Below, piece by piece: positions 25,733 to 33,475 of a stretch of 36,240 bases of DNA. The position numbers were made by a program, and so were the translations under genes. Numbering within the stretch: the first letter of the stretch is position 1; every line of letters starts with the position of its first letter. The notes below the pieces were generated by a model. It was not told the origin of the DNA. It worked only from the letters and a program-made list of their open reading frames with translations, and searched no databases. This DNA is from Candidatus Thorarchaeota archaeon. GTDB taxonomy: Archaea; Asgardarchaeota; Thorarchaeia; Thorarchaeales; Thorarchaeaceae. The stretch is from NCBI GenBank assembly GCA_016839605.1, contig JAEOTX010000228.1:1-36240 (forward strand), given 5' to 3'.

Positions 25733-28700
25733 TCATGCCACAATCTTGACTGGCTTCAGGTTCACTATCCTGTGCTCACCCTCTATACTGTCATACTCGA
25801 CCATGCCCACAAGCTCTCCCGCAGCACCTGGCTGAAGCTCGAATTCCACCTCGATTACTGTTACATCGCCAGGATCCACAGTGCCTGCCGCCACGCTCTG
25901 TATCGTGTCAGTGAGGTCAGGTATGCCTAGCACCACTTGCACATTGGTCATTGGATTTGCAGAGTCGTTCCGTACAGCTACTCCGAACACCACTTTGCCA
26001 TCACGAATCTTGTATTCCACAGCAACATCCATTCCTGGCTCCAATCCGGGACTGGCAGGCTCTGCTGTAGTCACAAAGGCCTCGGGCTTGTATTTGCGCC
26101 TGACTCGACGATAGACCACAACAGCGATTCCTACTACCAGAATCAGTCCTGCGAATGGGACCACCCAGTGGGTCCTTGGATTGAAGTCCAGTGGGTCCAT
26201 GATGCCGTCTTCATCCGTGTCCGCATCGAGCGGCGAAGTTCCGTGAATCGCCACTTCCTCGTAATCCGTCCAGCCGTCTCTATCTGTGTCTTCGTGCAGA
26301 AGGTCAGTGCCGTAGGTGAGATACTCTAATCCATCAGATAATAGATCGAAGTCCGTGTCATTGGACAGAGGATTGCTGCCTAGCAGCTCCACTTCAAGCC
26401 CGTCGAAAAGCGAGTCTTGATCCGTGTCTGCGACATTTGGATCTGTGAAATACAGGAAGATCTCTTCATAATCGGTCAAGGTGTCCTTATCCACATCCGC
26501 TTCTGTTGGGTCTGAAAAGTACACCATCACCTCGTCGAAGTCCAAAACCATATCGTCGTCTGTGTCGTTTCTTGTAGCTGAGGTCATGTATACAAATAAC
26601 TCGTCGCGGTCTCCGAGCATATCCTGATCTGTGTCATTTGAGAGCGGCGAGGTGCCGTAGATATTGTATTCTGCCCCGTCGAGCAGTAAATCAAAATCGC
26701 TGTCCGGATTCAATGGGTCCGTGCCTAGCGTGATTTCAAGCCCATCGTCTATATCGTCGTTGTCAGAATCTGGGTCTCCCGGGAGGGTTCCGTAAATCCT
26801 TAACTCATCCAGATTACTCAAAGAGTCACCATCACTGTCAAAGGCAGAGTCTAGGATGCCAGGGTTGGTCATGTTGGTCGTAGGGTCTGTTCCGGTAAGC
26901 ATCACTTCTTCGAAGTCACTGAGCGAATCGAGATCGGTATCGTTTGTCAGGGGCGAGGAGCCATAATCATTGACCTCTGCGGCGTCGTCTAGTAGATCAA
27001 GATCAGTATCTTCAGAGAGTGGATTCGTGAAGTAGTCCTCCACCTCTTCTCTGTCCGTCAACGTATCTCGATCTGTGTCTTGGTGGCGAGGGTCGGTGAA
27101 CCAGATGTGGACCTCGTCGCCATTTGTGAGTTCGTCATTGTCTTCATCATCATTGAGGTCTGAAACGCCATCATCGTTCGAGTCTCGGTCTCGTGGGTCT
27201 GTCTCTGTCAGGACACACTCCTCGTAGTTCGTAAGGAGGTCTCGGTCTTCGTCATCGTTGCCATCGATAATGGAGTCTGAATCCGAGTCATTATTTCGTG
27301 GCGACGTAAGTGTCAACAGAATCTCCTGAATATTCGTTAGCAAGTCATTGTCCATGTCCCAGTCTGCATCTGACGTACCATCGCCCAGTGTGCTGTATTC
27401 TAGCGGGTCTGTCAGTGTGATGTTGTTCTCATGATAATCTGTCAATTCGTCGAGATCGGAATCCTCCTCAAGTGGGTTGGTGCCTATGACGACTTCCTGA
27501 TAATCCGTGAGCAAATCAAAATCACTGTCTTTCTCGAGTGGATCGGTGTTGTATACGTACAATTCGTCTCCGTCGAGCAATAGGTCATCGTCGCTATCCG
27601 GATCTAGTGCGTCGGTCTCAAACACCTTGATCTCATCGTAGTCACTAACGAAATCTGAGTCTGTGTCGCTGGAGTTCAGCAGGGTGTGCCATGTGAGGGC
27701 TTCCTCTCCGTCCTCAAGTAAATCGTTGTCAGTGTCCTTTCGGTTTGGATTGCTGGACCAGATGAAAAGCTCATCCCAATCGCTCAATAGATCGTCATCT
27801 GAATCCATAGACAGGGGATCCGTGAGGCTAACGAATATCTCGTACCCATCTCCCAAGAAATCTGAATCTGTGTCAAACAGCGTACAGTTTGTCTGGTATC
27901 GATATATCTCGTCAGCGTTGCCGACGCCATCACCATCCAAGTCGTCAAGGTCGTCTGGAATGAGATCTCCGTCTGTATCCCAAAGTGTTGGGTCTGTGTG
28001 GCTGTTGGATATTTCATCGTTATCTGCGATGTTATCTGAATCGGTGTCTGCCATGATTGGCGATGTGCCATACACGTGTAGTTCATCGTAGTCACTTAGC
28101 GTATCAAAGTCAGAATCCGCATTCTCAGGATCTGTGCCTTCGTCTATCTCTTCCTTGTCCAGTACGCCATCCTCATCAGCATCTGCATTCAAGGGATTGG
28201 TGCCATGGATGTGATATTCTGCATAATCTGACAACAAATCTGAATCTGTGTCATTCAACAAGGGATCTGTGCCCACAATTAGAATCTCATCTCTATCACT
28301 AAGCAAGTCATTATCAGAATCCCAGTCGTTGGGGTCTGTTCCGTACTCATTGACCTCTGTGCCGTCAGCAAGTTGATCTCCGTCGCTATCCCAGTCAGTC
28401 GGATTGGTAAGTGACACGTAGATCTCATAATAATCAGATAATTCGTCTGCGTCACTGTCGCTTCCTGTTGGATCTGTGCCATAGACCATGTACTCTAGGT
28501 AATCTGAGATGGAATCGTCGTCAGTATCCCGATCTGTCAAGCTTGAACCAGCGAGCATTGCTTCTGTCCAATCGTCGAGTCCATCGAAATCTGTGTCTGG
28601 GTTGGTTGCGTTCGAATGATACGCGTAGATCTCAAGCCCGGAGGAGAGCCCGTCTCCGTCGTGGTCAAGGTCATAGTCTGAAGTGCCATTGAGATATGTG

Positions 28701-31700
28701 CTCCATCGTGTGGCATTGGTGCCTAGAATCTCAATCTCGATGTAGTCATCCAATTGATCTCCATCAGTGTCCTGGGCAGTAGCGTTAGTACCATAACGTA
28801 TTAGCTCATCGTAGTCATTCAGCTGGTCGCCGTCTGTATCTGCATTCAATGGGTCTGAGTTGTAAACAAATATCTCATCACCGTCGAAGACACCGTCATC
28901 ATCTGAATCTAGGTCTCCAGGGTTAGTGTCGTACATATATATCTCATCGCCATTCGTCACCCCGTCACCATCTGAGTCTACCACATAGTCGCTGTGAGTG
29001 CCATTAGTCATGACGAGTGTTGGATCTGTAAGGGTCACGTTGACCTCCACAAGGTCATCCAGAAGGTCACCGTCGGTATCGTTGAGCAGCGGTGATGTAC
29101 CATAGTCGTCAACCTCCTCACCATCTAGAAGGCCATCTTCATCAGTGTCCTCCTTCAATGGATGTGCTCCCTCATCGTACTCGCGGCCATCATTTAGCCC
29201 ATCTCCGTCCGTGTCTGCGTTGTTGGGGTCGGTTTCATCAGGATCGATGACACCGTCAGCATCAACATCCTCTCCGCGTTCCCCAAGATGGGGCTCATAG
29301 ATGCCGTTCGCGATGAGGTCCTCCCAACCATCCCATAGTGAGTCTCCATCAGTGTCTACATCTGTGGCATTAAGGCCGCTGCTGATTTCAATCCCGTCGC
29401 GAATCTGGTCCCCGTCGGTGTCCCATAGAGTCACGTCTGTGTTATAGATGCGCAGTTCCTCCAGGTTTGTGAGACCATCATTATCGAGGTCATCCTCTCC
29501 GTCCAATATTCCATCGTCGTCATCATCATTGTCATTCGGATCAGTATGGGTTTCCAGGACTTCTTCTGAGTCTGTCAGTTGATCATTGTCAGAGTCTGCA
29601 TCAAGCGGGTCAGTACCCCACAAGAATTCCTCGAAGTGTGTGAGGTCATCGCCATCATCGTCCTCATCCCCATCGAGAGTACCATCATCATCAGAGTCGT
29701 TATAGAGCGGGTCTGTTTCGCTCAGGAACACCTCAAAGTAGTTGGGTAGCAAGTCAGAATCTCCATCATAGTCTCCATCTCTTACTGTTCCAAATGTAGT
29801 TGCATCCAAGGGGGCCGTCTGCGTGACATAGAGCTCTATTCCATTTGGAAGGCCATCCTCGTCGAAGTCCTCATCATAGTCACTGATGGTGTCATCATCA
29901 GAGTCATCATCATTGGGATCCGTGCCGAGGATGTTCACTTCATCACCGTCTTTGACCCCATCATCGTCGGTGTCAGGCTCTCTTGGAAGTGTGTTGGTCA
30001 CGGTGAGCTCTTGGATATTGGTCAACCCATCAAGGTCGGAATCTTCTAAATCGTCATTTGTGGTATCACCATCAGAATCTGGGTTGTTCGGATGTGTCCG
30101 AGTGAGGTAGATTTCCTCACCGTTGCTCAAGTTGTCAGAGTCGAGGTCGTAATCATAATCGTTTATCGTGACATGGAACGTGTTGGCATTAGTAGGGTCG
30201 AACCCATCCCCTAGATAGGTTACTTCATCGGGATCCAGAATGCCATCAAAGTCTGTGTCCACGTTCGTTGCATTTGTCCCATATGTGATGACTTCAAGCC
30301 CATCGTCTAGCCCGTCTCCGTCCGTGTCCGCAAGAGTGGCATTAGTGAAGTGGACATTGATCTCATCGAAATCGCTTAGCAGGTCGAGGTCTGTGTCTGC
30401 CGAATTCGGGTCTGTCTTGTGGATATTTACCTCAGCACCATCTGTAAGAAGGTCAGAATCAGAGTCAGGGTTCAACGGGTCGGTGTTGTGGATGTTTATC
30501 TCATCTGCGTCTTCAAGATTATCGTCATCTGAATCTGCATCGGTCACATTAGTGCCATAGATGACAAACTCCTCGTAGTCGTTGAGTGTGTCATCGTCGC
30601 TATCCGCATCATAGGGTAGAGAGCCCACCACCATGACTTCATCCCAATCGCTAAGATTGTCATCGTCGGTATCGGTGTCAGTTGGGGAGGACTTGTGTAT
30701 CTTCACCTCGTCGCCGTCCAGGAGGCCATCGTCGTCGCTATCGGGGTCAAGCGGGTCTGCTCCAACGTCCAGTTCCTTCCAGTTAGCGAGAGTGTCTGCA
30801 TCCTCGTCATCGTAGTAGTCGCTAGTGCCATCATTGTCGGAGTCGACATCATTGGGGTCGGTTTCAGTCGACCGAACCTCTTCCAAGTTATTCAGGCCGT
30901 CACCGTCATTGTCATCAAAGCCATCGTTGATGTCATTGTCATTGGAATCTGGCTCTGTGGGATCTGTGAGGGTGATGTTGTTCTCTTCGTAATCAGTGAG
31001 AAAGTCATTGTCACTGTCTGCATCGTTCGGGTCGGTTCCTAGGTAAATCTCCTGCCAATCAGTAAGGTCATCGTCGTCGGAATCTGCATCGTTGGGGTCA
31101 GTTGCATGAGTGAATATCTCAGCGAAGTCTCCAAGCTGGTCAGAGTCGGAATCTGGCGAAAGAGGATTTGTTTCGTAATCGAGAACCTCGTCGCCGTCGT
31201 CAATGTTGTCGTTGTCTGTGTCAGCATCGTTGATCAGGGTGCCCTCAATGAGTGTTTCACGTGCATCTGCGAGTCGGTCCTTGTCCTGATCCATGCCGTA
31301 GCATGCCACTTGGCCGAAGTCATTACCAGCGGCAAATTCGTCTCTGCCGTTGTTGTCTAGGTCACCATAGTGCATGGCACCAGAGAATAGGGGCACACCA
31401 GTCTCGGAAATAAGGTGCCCAGTTGCATTGTATAGAGTGAGAGTCCCATCGCCGCTTCCTGCAAGAACTTGGTCATTTGCCAAGCCGCCCACATCCAAGA
31501 ACTCGATATCCACAACCTGTCCGCCCAGACTCTTGTTCCAGAGGAGCGTTCCTGTATTGTCAAGGACTCGTAGTTCATCTGCTGAAGTGCCGATTGCTAT
31601 CTCCGCGGTTGCTCCGCCGATGATGTCTGCGACTTCAAGAGCGGTTATACCTCCAGAGACCTCGCGAGAGTACTGGAACGTTCCTGCAGTGTTATAGACC

Positions 31701-32488
31701 CAGAGCGTGCCATTTGAAGCACCGAAAAGGACCTCGTCTTCTCCTGCGCCGTTGATGTTGCCTGTATCCACGACTCTGATTGGCGATAGTCCTGTTACCT
31801 CGAACATGACTCCTCCACCGTTGTCAAGCAGAGAAAACCTGCCCAGCTCGGAACCAGCTAGAATCTCATCGCTCGCATCGGGGTCGATATCAGCCGCAGC
31901 AACAACCCTGACCTGCCCGTTGCTCGGATGGCTCCAGAGCTCACTTCCAGATACATCATAGGCGTATACTCGATTGTCGTCACAACCTGCAACGATTTCA
32001 TCTAATGAGTCGCCGTCTACATCGGCACCAACTACTGTGCGGACTGCATTGGGCAAGGAGACATCAGTGAGGATGTTCTGGCCCGAATCGATGACTAATA
32101 TGCCGTTGCTGGTCCCAATAAGTAACTCCATCACACTGCCGGCGTTAGTGGCCAGAGAGACCATTGCATAAGGCGTCACTGTGATGTTCAACCGCCAGAG
32201 TAGCGTGCTGTCTGAATCAAAGAGGTACAATGTGCCATTCTCTGTGGCTACAGCGACCTCATCAAGAGCGTCACCATCGAAGTTATCGACGACGACATCG
32301 ACTATCTGGGAACCTGTGCCTTCTGTCCATACTGTCGAGACGTCAAACGGCGTGAGGTCCGAGAGTGCTGCCGAGCCTCCCTCTGGTAATATCGTGGTGG
32401 GATGTAGCGACGGGTTTCCTGCTGCCGTCGATAGCCCTGCCAGAACAAACACAAATGCCAGTGCCAAGAGAATATGTCTGTGTCTCAT
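25733..32488 (-). CDS. Giant single-pass cell-surface protein: signal peptide, FG-GAP-like beta-propeller, long Asp-rich Ca-binding (TSP3-like) repeat stalk, TM helix, cytoplasmic beta-sandwich
   Basis: Signal peptide MRHRHILLALAFVFVLAGLS. Eight ~41-aa blades (e.g. DNFDGDALDEVAV, ADVDGDSLDEIVA, GDLDNNGRDEFAA), dozens of DxDxDxLxDxxE..GTDP units, TM WVVPFAGLILVVGIAVVVY followed by RRVRRKYK, and a ~100-aa beta-rich C-terminus. Many NxT/S sequons N-terminal to the TM. Confidence 0.88.
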   Translation of the reverse strand: MRHRHILLALAFVFVLAGLSTAAGNPSLHPTTILPEGGSAALSDLTPFDVSTVWTEGTGSQIVDVVVDNFDGDALDEVAVATENGTLYLFDSDSTLLWRLNITVTPYAMVSLATNAGSVMELLIGTSNGILVIDSGQNILTDVSLPNAVRTVVGADVDGDSLDEIVAGCDDNRVYAYDVSGSELWSHPSNGQVRVVAAADIDPDASDEILAGSELGRFSLLDNGGGVMFEVTGLSPIRVVDTGNINGAGEDEVLFGASNGTLWVYNTAGTFQYSREVSGGITALEVADIIGGATAEIAIGTSADELRVLDNTGTLLWNKSLGGQVVDIEFLDVGGLANDQVLAGSGDGTLTLYNATGHLISETGVPLFSGAMHYGDLDNNGRDEFAAGNDFGQVACYGMDQDKDRLADARETLIEGTLINDADTDNDNIDDGDEVLDYETNPLSPDSDSDQLGDFAEIFTHATDPNDADSDDDDLTDWQEIYLGTDPNDADSDNDFLTDYEENNITLTDPTEPDSNDNDINDGFDDNDGDGLNNLEEVRSTETDPNDVDSDNDGTSDYYDDEDADTLANWKELDVGADPLDPDSDDDGLLDGDEVKIHKSSPTDTDTDDDNLSDWDEVMVVGSLPYDADSDDDTLNDYEEFVIYGTNVTDADSDDDNLEDADEINIHNTDPLNPDSDSDLLTDGAEVNIHKTDPNSADTDLDLLSDFDEINVHFTNATLADTDGDGLDDGLEVITYGTNATNVDTDFDGILDPDEVTYLGDGFDPTNANTFHVTINDYDYDLDSDNLSNGEEIYLTRTHPNNPDSDGDTTNDDLEDSDLDGLTNIQELTVTNTLPREPDTDDDGVKDGDEVNILGTDPNDDDSDDDTISDYDEDFDEDGLPNGIELYVTQTAPLDATTFGTVRDGDYDGDSDLLPNYFEVFLSETDPLYNDSDDDGTLDGDEDDDGDDLTHFEEFLWGTDPLDADSDNDQLTDSEEVLETHTDPNDNDDDDDGILDGEDDLDNDGLTNLEELRIYNTDVTLWDTDGDQIRDGIEISSGLNATDVDTDGDSLWDGWEDLIANGIYEPHLGERGEDVDADGVIDPDETDPNNADTDGDGLNDGREYDEGAHPLKEDTDEDGLLDGEEVDDYGTSPLLNDTDGDLLDDLVEVNVTLTDPTLVMTNGTHSDYVVDSDGDGVTNGDEIYMYDTNPGDLDSDDDGVFDGDEIFVYNSDPLNADTDGDQLNDYDELIRYGTNATAQDTDGDQLDDYIEIEILGTNATRWSTYLNGTSDYDLDHDGDGLSSGLEIYAYHSNATNPDTDFDGLDDWTEAMLAGSSLTDRDTDDDSISDYLEYMVYGTDPTGSDSDADELSDYYEIYVSLTNPTDWDSDGDQLADGTEVNEYGTDPNDWDSDNDLLSDRDEILIVGTDPLLNDTDSDLLSDYAEYHIHGTNPLNADADEDGVLDKEEIDEGTDPENADSDFDTLSDYDELHVYGTSPIMADTDSDNIADNDEISNSHTDPTLWDTDGDLIPDDLDDLDGDGVGNADEIYRYQTNCTLFDTDSDFLGDGYEIFVSLTDPLSMDSDDDLLSDWDELFIWSSNPNRKDTDNDLLEDGEEALTWHTLLNSSDTDSDFVSDYDEIKVFETDALDPDSDDDLLLDGDELYVYNTDPLEKDSDFDLLTDYQEVVIGTNPLEEDSDLDELTDYHENNITLTDPLEYSTLGDGTSDADWDMDNDLLTNIQEILLTLTSPRNNDSDSDSIIDGNDDEDRDLLTNYEECVLTETDPRDRDSNDDGVSDLNDDEDNDELTNGDEVHIWFTDPRHQDTDRDTLTDREEVEDYFTNPLSEDTDLDLLDDAAEVNDYGSSPLTNDTDLDSLSDFEEVMLTGTDPTTNMTNPGILDSAFDSDGDSLSNLDELRIYGTLPGDPDSDNDDIDDGLEITLGTDPLNPDSDFDLLLDGAEYNIYGTSPLSNDTDQDMLGDRDELFVYMTSATRNDTDDDMVLDFDEVMVYFSDPTEADVDKDTLTDYEEIFLYFTDPNVADTDQDSLFDGLEVELLGSNPLSNDTDFDLLSDGLEYLTYGTDLLHEDTDRDGWTDYEEVAIHGTSPLDADTDEDGIMDPLDFNPRTHWVVPFAGLILVVGIAVVVYRRVRRKYKPEAFVTTAEPASPGLEPGMDVAVEYKIRDGKVVFGVAVRNDSANPMTNVQVVLGIPDLTDTIQSVAAGTVDPGDVTVIEVEFELQPGAAGELVGMVEYDSIEGEHRIVNLKPVKIVA
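26180..31295 (-). repeat. Coding tandem repeat: roughly 70 degenerate Asp-rich units (mostly 22-23 aa, some shorter)
   Basis: Consensus D(T/S)DxDxLxDxxExxxxxT(D/N)Pxxx seen throughout the translation. The count is estimated from length, and the units are diverged at DNA level. Confidence 0.85.
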
Positions 32489-33474
32489 GTTGCACTCTCT
32501 CCTGTTTCAGTTGTCTTCCATGGTTTGACCTGGAAGTAGTCAAAGAAGTCGGCCTCCACTACGGAGATCTCTTCAAAGGGAACCTTTCTCTCATTCATCA
32601 CTCTGATAAGCGGCAGAATCTGCTCACTCGGGTTATCGATGAAAATCTTCATGGCGTTTCTTCCTGCCATGGCTGTGAATTGCACACCTGGAGCGGTTGC
32701 GAGGCGATCTACAATGGTTGGTGATAACGTTGGCAAAACAATCCTGACGCTCTCGCCCTTTCCAGGGAGCGTAGAGATAAGTTCCTCTGGTGTGCCGAAC
32801 TGGCTCACTAGTCCTTCTTCGAGCAAGCACACCCGTGTACAGTAATCGACAATCTCAAGGTCGTGTGAGATTATCACCATAGTTGTCCCAAGCTCATAGT
32901 TGAGCTGCTTCAAGTAGTTCAGGGTCTCGTGTCTCAGATGAGCGTCAAGGCCGGTCGTAGGCTCGTCGAGAAGAAGAACCGGGGGATCGTGTATCATACC
33001 AAGGCAAATGGAGACCCTCTTCCTCTCGCCTCCGGACAGGCGCTTTACTGCCTTGGTCATTAGCTCCTCATCAAAGCCGAGGATTTCAAGGACGTTGCGC
33101 GAACGTTCCTCAATTTCCTTAGGCCGCATTCCAAAACAGCGACCAAAGAACTCGGCATTCTGAAGTGCAGTGAAATCATAATAGAGGCTGAGATGCTCCA
33201 GCTGTGGTACATATCCAACTAGAAGGGCGATTAGTTTCTCCTGCTTGGTGACATCATAGCCACCTACATATGCCATTCCTTCAGTTGGGCTGATCTGGCC
33301 AGTGAGAACTCTCAGAACAGTCGTCTTTCCTGCCCCAGACGCGCCAATAATTCCTAGGAACTCCTTCTTATTGGCAAAGAATGATACGCCCTTGAGTGCG
33401 TAGAAATCTCCAAAGGCGACCTTGAGGTCTAGGATGTCAATCTCTCTTTCTGGATGTGGGGCTTCATCTGACAT
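32485..33474 (-). CDS. ABC transporter ATP-binding protein (ABC-2/DrrA/GldA-like)
   Basis: Walker A GASGAGKT, Q-loop YVPQ, signature LSGGE, Walker B LLLDEPTTGLD and H-loop ISHD. Start ATG 33474. Stop overlaps the ATG of the giant protein (ATGA). Confidence 0.93.
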   Translation of the reverse strand: MSDEAPHPEREIDILDLKVAFGDFYALKGVSFFANKKEFLGIIGASGAGKTTVLRVLTGQISPTEGMAYVGGYDVTKQEKLIALLVGYVPQLEHLSLYYDFTALQNAEFFGRCFGMRPKEIEERSRNVLEILGFDEELMTKAVKRLSGGERKRVSICLGMIHDPPVLLLDEPTTGLDAHLRHETLNYLKQLNYELGTTMVIISHDLEIVDYCTRVCLLEEGLVSQFGTPEELISTLPGKGESVRIVLPTLSPTIVDRLATAPGVQFTAMAGRNAMKIFIDNPSEQILPLIRVMNERKVPFEEISVVEADFFDYFQVKPWKTTETGESAT

Positions 33475-33475
33475 C

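Noticed and set aside
29270-29290. Possible integrin-ligand RGD motif in the stalk
   Set aside because: The sequence is RGE (ERGEDVD), not RGD.
25881-32528. Many Ser-rich plus-strand ORFs opposite the giant gene
   Set aside because: Expected antisense artefacts of Asp/Glu-rich codons (GAC/GAT read as TCx), with no independent coding signals.
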